A DNA stretch of 64,000 nt, taken from contig PHEE01000007.1 in assembly GCA_002842855.1 (NCBI GenBank), positions 1,139-65,138 of the forward strand, read 5' to 3'. Shown here piece by piece: positions 31,250-40,610 of the stretch. The notes beneath the pieces are model-generated. The model was not told the DNA's origin, did not search any database, and saw only the letters and a program-made list of their open reading frames with translations. A program made the translations under genes and the position numbers. Position 1 is the first letter of the stretch. Every line of letters begins with the position of its first letter. This DNA comes from Alphaproteobacteria bacterium HGW-Alphaproteobacteria-4 (lineage in GTDB: Bacteria > Pseudomonadota > Alphaproteobacteria > Rhodobacterales > Rhodobacteraceae).

Positions 31250-33277
31250 TCAGCGGCGGCGGCGGCGGTTGGGGTCGGCGCTGGCGGCGTTGAACGAGGG
31301 GTTGGGCAGGGTCACGATTTTCGCCAGTTCCGGGAACGGGGCAGTGGCGTGCGGAATCGCATTGGCCGCCACGAAATGCTCTTGAAAGCGTGGCTCGATC
31401 GCGGTTTCGACCTTGGTGATGCGCCGCACCTGGGCCTCGATCGCGCGCCGTGCCGCCACTGAACACAGCGCCATCCGCGCCCCGGTGCCCGCCGCATTGC
31501 CCGCGCTGGTGATATGCGCCAGCGGCGCATCGGGGATCATCCCCAGCACCAGTGCGTGTTTCGGGCTGATATGGGCGCCGAAGGCCCCGGCCAGCACCAC
31601 CCGGTCAACGCGGTCCACGCCCATCTCGTCCATGAGCAGCCGGGCGCCTGCGTAAAGCGCCGATTTGGCAAGCTGGATCGCGCGGATATCGCCTTGTGTA
31701 ACAAAGATGCGCGGGCCGCCGTCGGCGCTGCCATCGTGCACGAGGTACGCATGGGTGCGCCCGGTCGGCTTGCAGCGGCGGCTGCCGGTCTGCTCGGCGC
31801 TGCCGATCAGCCCCGAGGCATCGACCAGCCCGGCCATGCGCATTTCCGCCACCGCCTCGATGATCCCCGAGCCGCAGATGCCGGTAACGCCGGTGGCCGC
31901 CGTAGCCTCGGCAAAGCCCGGATCGGAGGACCATAAATCGCAGCCGATCACCTTGAAGCGGGGGTCTTTGCTCACCGGGTCAATCTCGAGCCGCTCGATC
32001 GCGCCGGGGGCGGCGCGCTGGCCGGAACTGATCTGCGCGCCTTCAAAGGCGGGGCCGGTGGGCGACGAACAGGCCAGAACGCGGGCAGAGTTGCCCAGCA
32101 AGATCTCGGCATTGGTGCCGACATCGACAATGAGCGACAGGTCATCGCGCGCCTCGGGCGCCTCGGCCAGTGCCACCGCAGCGCTATCGGCGCCCACATG
32201 CCCTGCGATCAGCGGCAGGATGTAAAGGCGGGCGGCGACCGCGATGGTGGTCAGTCCCACCTCAGCCGCCGCAAGGTTCTGCGCAGCGCCAGAAGCCAGC
32301 GCGAAGGGCGATTGCCCCAACTCCACCGGGTCGAGCCCCAGCAAAAGGTGGTGCATCACCGGGTTGCCCACGATCACCGCCTCGACGATATCGCTGGCAG
32401 GCAGCCCCGCCTCATCGGCCAGCGTTTGCGCCAGCGAAGCCAGCGCCGCGCGCACCGCCGTGGTCATCTCTGCCGCGCCGCCGGGGTTCATCATCGCGTA
32501 GCTGACGCGGCTCATCAGGTCTTCGCCAAACCGGATCTGCGGGTTCATCAGCCCCGAAGAGGCCAGCACCCGGCCATCATCAAGCGCCACCAGATGCCCC
32601 GCGATGGTGGTTGACCCAAGGTCGATCGCCAGCCCCAGCAGCGGCGCCTCGCGGTAGCCGGGCCAAAGGCCAATCAACCGCGTGGCGCCGGTGCCATCGC
32701 GGTGCACCGCGGCGGTCACCTTCCACGCGCCCTTGCGCAAGATCGGTTGCAGCCCGCGCAACCCCCCAAGGTCAGCCTGCAAGCCGCTGATTTGCCACTG
32801 GTTCTCCAGCGCCTCTGCCAGCCGTTGAAAATCACCCGAGGGTTCGTGCATGTCGGGCTCGGCCACTTCGAGGTAGTAAAGCCGGGTTGCCGGGTCCATC
32901 ACCATCACCCGCTCGGAGGCCGATTTGCGGATCACCTGCCGGTGCAACTGGCTTTCGGGCGGCACGTCGAGCACCACATCGGCCATGATGCGGGCCTGGC
33001 AGCCAAGGCGGCGCCCCGGCGCAAGCCCGCGCACGCGGTCATACCGCTCCTCGACCGCATTCACCGGCGACAGCGCGCCCTCGGCCACGCTGAGCCCGTG
33101 CTTGGCAAACTCGCCGTAGCCGGGGCTGACCTGGCATTTCGAGCAGATGCCACGCCCGCCGCAGACCGAATCGAGGTCAACCCCCAGCGCGCGTGCCGCC
33201 GCCAGCACGGTGGTGCCGCGCGCCACCTGCCCGCGTTTGCCGGAAGGCGTAAAGATTACCTGGGCGGTCTCGGTCAT
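31250..33277 (-). CDS. 2Fe-2S ferredoxin / ASKHA-domain protein (RamA-like corrinoid reductive-activase family, DUF4445)
   Basis: ATG 33277. N-terminal plant-type ferredoxin CGGRGICSKCQ, then an ASKHA ATPase core (LGLAIDLGSTTIAG...IVDVGTNAE); 675 aa. Confidence 0.75.
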   Translation of the reverse strand: MTETAQVIFTPSGKRGQVARGTTVLAAARALGVDLDSVCGGRGICSKCQVSPGYGEFAKHGLSVAEGALSPVNAVEERYDRVRGLAPGRRLGCQARIMADVVLDVPPESQLHRQVIRKSASERVMVMDPATRLYYLEVAEPDMHEPSGDFQRLAEALENQWQISGLQADLGGLRGLQPILRKGAWKVTAAVHRDGTGATRLIGLWPGYREAPLLGLAIDLGSTTIAGHLVALDDGRVLASSGLMNPQIRFGEDLMSRVSYAMMNPGGAAEMTTAVRAALASLAQTLADEAGLPASDIVEAVIVGNPVMHHLLLGLDPVELGQSPFALASGAAQNLAAAEVGLTTIAVAARLYILPLIAGHVGADSAAVALAEAPEARDDLSLIVDVGTNAEILLGNSARVLACSSPTGPAFEGAQISSGQRAAPGAIERLEIDPVSKDPRFKVIGCDLWSSDPGFAEATAATGVTGICGSGIIEAVAEMRMAGLVDASGLIGSAEQTGSRRCKPTGRTHAYLVHDGSADGGPRIFVTQGDIRAIQLAKSALYAGARLLMDEMGVDRVDRVVLAGAFGAHISPKHALVLGMIPDAPLAHITSAGNAAGTGARMALCSVAARRAIEAQVRRITKVETAIEPRFQEHFVAANAIPHATAPFPELAKIVTLPNPSFNAASADPNRRRRR

Positions 33278-33350
33278 GCGCGGCTCTCCCTGAACGTCGG
33301 GCTTAGTTGTAGGCCGCACTGCCCCGCGCGCAAGTGCCACGGGCGACGCC

Positions 33351-34517
33351 TCAGTCGGCAGTTGCGGCAGCCATTCCCAGCCAGTCGAGCACCGCCTGCC
33401 GGTCACCATCGAGCAGCGGCGCTGCGGCGCGGGTTTTGTGCTCGGGCAATTCGCTCATCTTGATCGGGTTGCCCGCGCACTGAAACGCCGGGCGGCCGGG
33501 GGCGGGTTCGATATCGACCAGCATGTTGCGTGACAAAAGCTGCGGGTCCGCCAGCGCCTCGGCCACGTTCTGGATCGGGCCGGTTGGCACACCGCCCGCT
33601 TCCAGCACCCTTATCCAGTGCGACCGGGGTTTCTCGATGGTGATCGCCTCGATCAGCCGCTTCAGCAGCCGCGCATTGTCGCATCGTGCCGGGTTGGTGG
33701 CAAACCGGGGGTCTTCATACAAGGGCCCCATCCGCAGCGCCGTGCACAGCTTCATGAACAGCGAATCATTGCCCGCGGCGATCACGAAAAGGCCGTCTTC
33801 GGCATGAAAGGTTTCAAACGGGGTGATCGTGGGGTGGCGGGCGCCCGAGCGGCCCGGCGGGGTGCCGGTGGCGGTGGTGATCGCCACCGCATGTTCCAGA
33901 ATGGCAATCTGCGAATCGAGCATGGCGATGTCGATCTTTTGCCCGCGCCCTGTTTGCCCGCGCGCGATCAGCGCCGCCATCACGCCTTGGGTCAGATAGA
34001 GGCCCGCCACGATGTCGCCAATGCTGGCGCCCACCCGCACCGGCTCGCGGTCGCGCTCGCCGGTAATGCTCATCACCCCGCCGCGCGCCTGCACCACCAT
34101 GTCATAGGCGGGCTTGAGCCGTTCGGGGCCGGTATGGCCAAAGCCCGACACCGCACCATAGATCAGCCGCGGGTGGCGCACATGCAGCGCTTCCCAGCCA
34201 TAGCCGAGCTTTTCCATTACGCCGGGGCGAAAGTTTTCCAGCATGACATCGGCGCGCGCCAGCAGCGCGTCGAAGATGGTACGGTCGCCGGGCTTGGAAA
34301 GGTCAAGCGCGATCGACTGCTTGCCGTGGTTCAGCCCGGCGAAATAGGCGCTGACGCCATCGACAAAGGGCGGGAATGCGCGGGTATCATCGCCTGCGCC
34401 GGGGCGCTCGACCTTGATCACCCTTGCGCCAAGTTCCTGCAACTGGGTCGAACAAAAAGGGCCCGCAAGCACATGCGTGAGGTCGATCACCGTGATGCCG
34501 GTCAGCGGAAGGGTCAT
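33351..34517 (-). CDS. CoA-transferase family III protein (CaiB/BaiF type)
   Basis: ATG 34517 behind GGAGAA. MTLPLTGITVIDLTHVLAGPFCT-type N-terminus; 388 aa. Confidence 0.88.
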   Translation of the reverse strand: MTLPLTGITVIDLTHVLAGPFCSTQLQELGARVIKVERPGAGDDTRAFPPFVDGVSAYFAGLNHGKQSIALDLSKPGDRTIFDALLARADVMLENFRPGVMEKLGYGWEALHVRHPRLIYGAVSGFGHTGPERLKPAYDMVVQARGGVMSITGERDREPVRVGASIGDIVAGLYLTQGVMAALIARGQTGRGQKIDIAMLDSQIAILEHAVAITTATGTPPGRSGARHPTITPFETFHAEDGLFVIAAGNDSLFMKLCTALRMGPLYEDPRFATNPARCDNARLLKRLIEAITIEKPRSHWIRVLEAGGVPTGPIQNVAEALADPQLLSRNMLVDIEPAPGRPAFQCAGNPIKMSELPEHKTRAAAPLLDGDRQAVLDWLGMAAATAD

Positions 34518-34623
34518 GTCGTTCTCCGTTACTTGCCGCGCGTCTTGCGCGAAATGGTTGGCGGCGCGTGCTGCGCCTTCCCCCCGCTTTGTCCCGGCCC
34601 CTCCTCCTCGAAGGGCCGCGCGC

Positions 34624-35463
34624 CTACCTTCGGGCGCGCGCGATAAAGGCGAGGCGCTCGAACAACGCCACGTCCTGTTCATTTTTCAACAATGCCCCAT
34701 GCAGGCGCGGCAGCATGTTGGCCGGGTCGCGGGCAAGATCTTCAGGCGCCAGATCCTCGGCCAACAAGAGCTTCAGCCAGTCGAGCACCTCCGAGGTCGA
34801 GGGTTTCTTCTTCAGCCCTGGCGTCTCGCGCAATTCGTAGAACTGGGTCAGTGCCGTGGTCAGCAGCGCCTGTTTGATGCCCGGAAAATGCACCGCAACG
34901 ATGGCGCGCAGCGTGTCGATATCGGGAAATCGGATGTAGTGAAAGAAGCAGCGGCGCAAAAAGGCGTCGGGCAGTTCCTTTTCGTTGTTCGAGGTGATGA
35001 TCACCACCGGGCGGTGCGCCGCGCGCACCATCTGCCCGGTCTCATAGACGTGAAACTCCATCCGGTCGAGTTCCTGCAACAGATCGTTGGGAAACTCGAT
35101 ATCGGCCTTGTCGATCTCGTCGATCAACAGCACCACCCGCCCCGGCGCCTCGAACGCCTGCCAAAGCTTGCCCTTGCGGATGTAGTTGGCGACATCGCTT
35201 ACCCGCGCATCGCCCAGCTGGCTGTCGCGCAAGCGGCTTACCGCGTCATATTCGTAAAGCCCCTGTTGCGCCTTGGTGGTCGATTTGATGTGCCATTCGA
35301 TAAGCGGCAGCCCAAGGCTTGCGGCCACCTGCCGCGCCAGTTCGGTCTTGCCGGTGCCGGGCTCGCCCTTGACCAGCAGCGGCCGCTCCAGCGCCACGGC
35401 GGCATTGACTGCCATGCTCAGGTCGGGCTGCGCAATGTAGCTTGCGGTTGAACCAAATGTCAT
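34624..35463 (-). CDS. MoxR-family AAA+ ATPase
   Basis: Walker A GEPGTGKT, Walker B LLIDEIDK; 279 aa. Confidence 0.88.
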   Translation of the reverse strand: MTFGSTASYIAQPDLSMAVNAAVALERPLLVKGEPGTGKTELARQVAASLGLPLIEWHIKSTTKAQQGLYEYDAVSRLRDSQLGDARVSDVANYIRKGKLWQAFEAPGRVVLLIDEIDKADIEFPNDLLQELDRMEFHVYETGQMVRAAHRPVVIITSNNEKELPDAFLRRCFFHYIRFPDIDTLRAIVAVHFPGIKQALLTTALTQFYELRETPGLKKKPSTSEVLDWLKLLLAEDLAPEDLARDPANMLPRLHGALLKNEQDVALFERLAFIARARR

Positions 35464-35603
35464 GCGCGCGCACACCTTTGCGGGTCATTCTGCGGGTGCA
35501 AACTTACCCTGCCCGCGCCACGCAAGCAAGGCATCCGCCACGTCAAACGGGGGCGTGACATCGCAACGCACATCGGGTATGGAGCGCCCAACAGGAGGGG
35601 TGG

Positions 35604-36077
35604 ATGACAAAGCCTGACAGCATTGTGTCGCCCGGTTCGCGGGAGACAAAGCCGATGAAACCCGAGTCTTTTTTGCCTGAAGACTATCGACCGGCCGAGA
35701 ATGAGCCGTTCATGAACCCGCGCCAGCTTGAATATTTCCGCCGCAAACTGCTGGCATGGAAAGCCGAGTTGATGGAGCAATCGGCCGATACGCTGGAAGG
35801 GCTGGCAGAATCAGGGCGCAACGTGCCCGACATCGCCGACCGCGCCAGCGAAGAAACCGACCGCGCGCTGGAACTGCGCACCCGCGACCGCCAGCGCAAG
35901 CTGGTCACCAAAATCGACGCCGCCCTGCGCCGGATCGACAATGGCGACTATGGCTATTGCGAGATTACCGGCGAGCCGATCAGCCTCAAGCGGCTTGACG
36001 CGCGCCCGATTGCCACATTGACGCTCGAGGCCCAAGAGCGGCACGAACGCCGCGAGCGGGTTCACCGCGACGACTGA
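35604..36077 (+). CDS. dksA: RNA polymerase-binding transcription factor DksA (single-cysteine, non-zinc-finger variant)
   Basis: ATG behind AGGAGGGG. Coiled-coil tip DIADRA (DxxDxA). The C-terminal region YGYCEITGEPISLKRLDARPIATLTLEAQ keeps only one of the four canonical Cys. Confidence 0.9.
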   Translation: MTKPDSIVSPGSRETKPMKPESFLPEDYRPAENEPFMNPRQLEYFRRKLLAWKAELMEQSADTLEGLAESGRNVPDIADRASEETDRALELRTRDRQRKLVTKIDAALRRIDNGDYGYCEITGEPISLKRLDARPIATLTLEAQERHERRERVHRDD

Positions 36078-36125
36078 TCCCGGCGCCAAAGGTGTGACCG
36101 GCGGCGTGTTGCAGGAGAGCGGCCA

Positions 36126-37289
36126 ATGCTGGTCGGGCGCAAGGTTACGGTGGTGGGGGCTGGTGTTGCCGGGCTTGCGGTAGCGCGCGCGCTGGCGCTG
36201 CGCGGCGCGCAGGTGACCGTCTATGAACAATCCGATTCGATCCGCGAGGTTGGTGCCGGCCTGCAAGTCTCGCCCAACGGCGTGCGCGTGCTCAGCGCGC
36301 TCGGGCTGGCCGAGGCGCTGGCCAATGTGGCGCCGCGCGGCGAGGCGGTCGCGCTGATCGACGGGCCAAGCGGCGCCCCGGTCGCGCATATGTCGCTGGC
36401 GCGGGGCGAGTACCGCTTTGTGCACCGCGGCGCGCTGATAACCCTTCTGGCCGAAGGCGCGCGGGCGGCAGGCGTGCAGTTCCGTTTTCTGCAAGAGGTC
36501 GAACGGGTGCAGCTCGGGGCGCACCCGCCACGGCTGATCACCCATCAGGGCGCCGAGATCGAGACCGAGCTGCTGATCGGCGCCGACGGGCTGCATTCGA
36601 AAGTGCGCGAGGCGCTCAACGGCGCCGCGATGCCGTTCTTCACGCATCAGGTAGCCTGGCGCGCGGTGATCGCAGCCGAACCAGATGCCGCCGCGGTGGC
36701 GCAGGTGTTCATGGCGCCGGGGCGCCACCTTGTAAGCTACCCGCTCGGGGGCGGGTTGCGCAACATCGTGGCGGTGGAAGAGCGGCGGCGCTGGGTCGAG
36801 GAAAGCTGGACCCGGCAAGATGATCCGGCGAACCTGCGCGCCAGTTTTGCGGGGTTTTGCCCCAAGGTGCAGGGCTGGCTCGATCAGGTTGATGCACCGA
36901 TGCTCTGGGGTCTGTTCCGACACCCGGTCGCGGTGCGCTGGCAGGGGCAAGGTGCTGCCATTCTGGGCGACGCTGCGCACCCCACCTTGCCCTTCCTCGC
37001 GCAGGGCGCGGTGATGGCGCTGGAAGATGCCTGGGTGCTGGCCGAGCGGCTTTCGCGCCATGAAACCGCTGGCGCGGCCTTCGCCTCATACAAGGCCGCC
37101 CGCGCGCCGCGCTGCGCGCGCATTGTCGAGGCGGCCAACGCCAACGCGCGCAACTACCACCTCGGCGGGGTGCGCCGCGCCGTGGCCCATGCCGGGCTGC
37201 GCGCAGTATCGGCGCTTTCGCCAAATGCCCTGCTCGACCGCTTCGCCTGGGTGCACGGGTTCGACGCGACCGAGGGCGCGGGCGGCTGA
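36126..37289 (+). CDS. FAD-dependent monooxygenase (salicylate hydroxylase/UbiH-like)
   Basis: VTVVGAGVAGLA dinucleotide fold and the GDAAHPTLPFLAQGAVMALEDA motif; 387 aa. Confidence 0.85.
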   Translation: MLVGRKVTVVGAGVAGLAVARALALRGAQVTVYEQSDSIREVGAGLQVSPNGVRVLSALGLAEALANVAPRGEAVALIDGPSGAPVAHMSLARGEYRFVHRGALITLLAEGARAAGVQFRFLQEVERVQLGAHPPRLITHQGAEIETELLIGADGLHSKVREALNGAAMPFFTHQVAWRAVIAAEPDAAAVAQVFMAPGRHLVSYPLGGGLRNIVAVEERRRWVEESWTRQDDPANLRASFAGFCPKVQGWLDQVDAPMLWGLFRHPVAVRWQGQGAAILGDAAHPTLPFLAQGAVMALEDAWVLAERLSRHETAGAAFASYKAARAPRCARIVEAANANARNYHLGGVRRAVAHAGLRAVSALSPNALLDRFAWVHGFDATEGAGG

Positions 37290-37314
37290 GCCTGCGCGGG
37301 TCGCGGCGCTTGGC

Positions 37315-37346
37315 GGGGGGTATTTGGGCAATGAAGAAGCCGCAGG
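37315..37346 (+). repeat. Copy C of the dispersed intergenic motif (GGGGGGTATTTGGGCAATGAAGAAGCCGCAGG)
   Basis: See copy A. It lies between convergent genes. Confidence 0.6.
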
Positions 37347-37353
37347 GCGGCCC

Positions 37354-38133
37354 TCAGGCGTCGAGTTCCACCCAGACCGGCACATGGTCCGAGGGGCGGG
37401 TGCGGCCGCGCTGGTCCTTGTCGATCCCGGCGGCGGTCAGCCGGTCTGCGGCTTGCGGGCTGAGCAAAAGATGGTCGATCAGGATGCCGTCGTTCTTTTC
37501 CCAGGCCCAACGCTGAAAATCCCAATAGCTGTAAAGACCGGGTTCCGGGTGGCGGGCGCGCAGGCCATCGGTCAGGCCAAGGTTGAGAATGCGGCGCCAG
37601 GCGGCGCGGGTTTCGGGCAACGCCAGCGCATCTTCACGCCACGCCTCGGGGCGGGCGGCATCGGCATCTTGCGGGATCACGTTCCAGTCGCCGCCGAGCA
37701 CAAACGGCTCTTCGCCAGTCAGCATTTGGGCGGCGCGGGCGCGGGCGCGCGCCAGCCAGGCAAGCTTGAAATCATATTTCGGCCCCGGTGCCGGGTTGCC
37801 GTTGGGCGCGTATAGCGCCACCACCCGCACCGCGTGCAGGCCGATCACCGTGGCCTCGATCCAGCGCGCCTGTTCATCCGATGCATCCCCCGGCAGCCCG
37901 CGCGTGACATCCTCAAGCGGCAGGCGCGATAGGATCGCGACCCCGTTGAAGCCCTTTTGCCCGTGCGTTTCCACCCGGTAGCCCATGTCCTCGAACAGCT
38001 CGCGCGGAAAGCCCGCGTCGACCGACTTGATTTCCTGCAACAACACCACCTCGGGGTGGGTTTCGGCCAGCCAGGCCGTGACCGCCTCAAGCCGGGCCTT
38101 GATGCCGTTGATGTTGTAGGTGGCGATCTTCAT
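37354..38133 (-). CDS. xthA: Exodeoxyribonuclease III
   Basis: ORF 37354..38400 trimmed to ATG 38133 behind AAGGAG. MKIATYNINGI...LLQEIK...DHVPVWVELD; 259 aa. Confidence 0.93.
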   Translation of the reverse strand: MKIATYNINGIKARLEAVTAWLAETHPEVVLLQEIKSVDAGFPRELFEDMGYRVETHGQKGFNGVAILSRLPLEDVTRGLPGDASDEQARWIEATVIGLHAVRVVALYAPNGNPAPGPKYDFKLAWLARARARAAQMLTGEEPFVLGGDWNVIPQDADAARPEAWREDALALPETRAAWRRILNLGLTDGLRARHPEPGLYSYWDFQRWAWEKNDGILIDHLLLSPQAADRLTAAGIDKDQRGRTRPSDHVPVWVELDA

Positions 38134-38155
38134 CGGGGCACTCCTTTGCCCCTTT

Positions 38156-38872
38156 CTAGGCGCTGGGCGCGCCGCTGCCAAGCGCGCCCGCCGCCAGCCA
38201 GAGCGCATCGAGCGCCGCGAGTTCGGCCGGGTCGAACCGCGCCAGTTGCTCCCAATAGCGCCCCGAGGGCACCAGATAGCCAAGCGCCGCCTCGCGCCGC
38301 AGCGCCGCGCTGGCCTTGGCGGCATCGTAGGCTGCGGGCGCCAGCGGAAGTGCGGCCGCCTGCGCGCGCGGCAGCAAAAGCCGGGTCGGCCCGCTGCCAA
38401 GGTTGACCACCGCGCAGCCTTGCCGCGCCGCCAGCACCCGCAGCCGCGCCGATTTTGCTTCGAGCGATTGCAGCGTGATATCGGCGCGCAACGGGTCGGG
38501 CGATCCGGCGCCGTAAAAATGGGTCTGGCCAGCGGGCGCGTAGATCATGTTGCAGCCGAAAAAGGCGATACTGCGGGGATTGTATTCGCTTAGTGCCCAA
38601 TACCCCGCTGTGAAGGCCATTGTTGCGCCAGCGTAAACAAAGCCGCCGTAGGCATTTTGCGCGGGCACGAAATCGGCTTCGGTCACGATCCGGCCTGAGG
38701 CAGCCTGCGGCAAACGGTCGGGCGCGAAATCATGCGGGTGGATCAGGGCGTCCCAATCATCGCGCACCGACCAGGCGTTGTTGATGGCGACGATCCTATC
38801 GAACGGCGCGCGCGGCCAGTCGCGCGCGGCGAGCACCTCGGGCGCCGAGCCGAGAATCAGCACATTGGTCAA
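38156..38872 (-). CDS. Hypothetical protein (238 aa) co-oriented 22 nt upstream of xthA
   Basis: Good coding-like composition, TTG (38872) or GTG (38863) start. N-terminal VLILGSAPE...RIVAINNAW Rossmann-like beginning. No family confidently recognised. Confidence 0.5.
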   Translation of the reverse strand: MTNVLILGSAPEVLAARDWPRAPFDRIVAINNAWSVRDDWDALIHPHDFAPDRLPQAASGRIVTEADFVPAQNAYGGFVYAGATMAFTAGYWALSEYNPRSIAFFGCNMIYAPAGQTHFYGAGSPDPLRADITLQSLEAKSARLRVLAARQGCAVVNLGSGPTRLLLPRAQAAALPLAPAAYDAAKASAALRREAALGYLVPSGRYWEQLARFDPAELAALDALWLAAGALGSGAPSA

Positions 38873-39008
38873 GTCGTGGCACCCACCTGGGCGCCCGCCG
38901 GGGCAGCCGCGCCGCGTTTCGCACTGCTTGACAAAACCTTAAGGGAAACGCTGATATGGCTCATAAACAATGGCTTGGCCTTCATAACGCGCGCGTTACG
39001 GGCACGTT

Positions 39009-39332
39009 TCAGACCGAAAACGAGGTGCCGCAGCCGCATGAAGCGGTCGCGTTCGGGTTATCGATCACGAAGCGGGCGCCGATCAGTTCTTCGCTGTAGT
39101 CGATGCTGGCCCCTGCCAGGAAGGGCAGCGAAACCGGGTCGATCAGCACCTGCTGGCCGTCGCTTTCCAGCACCAGATCGTCGGCTGCGGCGGCGCCGAA
39201 ATCGATCTCATACTGAAACCCCGAGCAACCGCCCCCCGCCACCGCCACGCGCAGCGGCCGCGCCGCGCGGCCGGAATTGATCGCGGCAAGGCGGGCGAAG
39301 GCGCGGGGGGTGACTTTGGGCGGCAGGATCAT
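39009..39332 (-). CDS. HesB/IscA/ErpA-family iron-sulfur cluster insertion protein
   Basis: 107 aa; GGGCSGFQY and the C-terminal CGCGTSF motifs. Confidence 0.9.
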   Translation of the reverse strand: MILPPKVTPRAFARLAAINSGRAARPLRVAVAGGGCSGFQYEIDFGAAAADDLVLESDGQQVLIDPVSLPFLAGASIDYSEELIGARFVIDNPNATASCGCGTSFSV

Positions 39333-39403
39333 CGGGGCTTTCCAAGCTGGGGTGCCTGCCCGATATAGGAGGGAACAGAAGCCGGAACAAGCCGGGGGGG
39401 ACG

Positions 39404-40573
39404 ATGCTGCAACCTTACGCCTGCGATCCGGCAGCCAGCCGGGGGCGGCTGCACGCCGAAAGCATCTCGACCTTCCGCTCGCCCTTTCAGCGCGACCGCG
39501 ACCGCATCATCCATTCCTCGGCCTTCCGGCGGCTGAAACACAAGACCCAGGTCTTTGTCGAGCACGAGGGCGATTATTACCGCACCCGCCTGACCCACAC
39601 CATCGAAGTGGCCCAAGTGGCGCGCACCATCGCCGGGGTGCTCGGCCTCAACACCGACCTTGCCGAGGCGGTGGCGCTGGCGCATGACCTCGGCCACCCC
39701 CCGTTCGGCCATACCGGCGAAGATGCCCTATCTCTGCTGATGGCCCCCTTCGGCGGCTTCGACCACAACGCGCAGGCCATTCGCATCGTCACCCGGCTTG
39801 AACGCCACTACGCGGGTTTCGACGGGCTGAACCTGACCTGGGAAACGCTTGAAGGCATCGCCAAGCACAACGGCCCGGTGATCGGCGGAACCGGCGCCCA
39901 TGCGGTGCCAGACCGCGCGCATCTGCCCTACGCGCTGGCCGCGTTCGATGCGGAATGGGATCTGGAACTGGCCACCAACGCCTCTGCCGAGGCGCAGGTG
40001 GCGGCGGTGGCCGATGATGTTGCCTACAACCACCACGACCTGCATGATGGCCTGCGAGCGGGGCTTTTTACCGAAGCCGACCTGATGGGACTGCCGCTGG
40101 TGGGCCCGGCCTTTGCCGAGGTGGACCGGCTCTATCCGGGGCTCGATGCCACGCGGCGGCGGCATGAGGCGCTGCGCCGGGTGTTTGGGGTGATGGTCGA
40201 AGATGTGATCGCGGTGGCGCAGAACCGCCTCGCCGCCCTTGGCCCCCGCTCGGTCGAAGATATTCGCGCGATGGAGGGGCCGATCATCCGGTTTTCCAAG
40301 CCGCTCTATCAAAACCTGAAGGCGATCAAGGGGTTCCTGTTCACCCGCATGTATCGCGCGCCCACGGTGGTGGCCGAACGGCAGCGCGTGACCGGCATGA
40401 TCAACGCGCTTTTTCCGCTTTACCTCGCCCACCCCGAATTGCTGCCCGAAGACTGGCAGGGCGACGTGGCGCAGGCGGGCGACGAAACCGCGCTGGCCCG
40501 CGTGGTGCTCGATTACGTGGCCGGGATGACCGACCGGTTCGCGATACAGGAGTTTGGCAGGTTGGTGGGGTAG
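39404..40573 (+). CDS. dgt: Deoxyguanosinetriphosphate triphosphohydrolase-like protein (HD domain)
   Basis: FQRDRDRIIHS and HDLGHPPFGH motifs; 389 aa. Confidence 0.9.
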   Translation: MLQPYACDPAASRGRLHAESISTFRSPFQRDRDRIIHSSAFRRLKHKTQVFVEHEGDYYRTRLTHTIEVAQVARTIAGVLGLNTDLAEAVALAHDLGHPPFGHTGEDALSLLMAPFGGFDHNAQAIRIVTRLERHYAGFDGLNLTWETLEGIAKHNGPVIGGTGAHAVPDRAHLPYALAAFDAEWDLELATNASAEAQVAAVADDVAYNHHDLHDGLRAGLFTEADLMGLPLVGPAFAEVDRLYPGLDATRRRHEALRRVFGVMVEDVIAVAQNRLAALGPRSVEDIRAMEGPIIRFSKPLYQNLKAIKGFLFTRMYRAPTVVAERQRVTGMINALFPLYLAHPELLPEDWQGDVAQAGDETALARVVLDYVAGMTDRFAIQEFGRLVG

Positions 40574-40610
40574 GGGGGCGGGTATCCGATTGACGCTCGC
40601 GCGGGCCAGA

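Noticed and set aside
34518-34623. Absence of the vWA/CoxE-like partner gene usually found after this type of MoxR ATPase (a possible further deletion junction)
   Set aside because: Only a 106-nt spacer separates the MoxR gene from the CoA-transferase gene. There is no truncated vWA remnant or frame disruption to support a deletion, and MoxR genes also occur alone.
38928-38957. A plus-strand sigma70-like promoter TTGACA-N17-CTGATA pointing into the erpA-like gene (possible antisense RNA or 48-codon ORF)
   Set aside because: This is a single motif match in a short AT-richer patch. The downstream small ORF has no RBS and overlaps the erpA-like gene antisense, so the evidence is insufficient.
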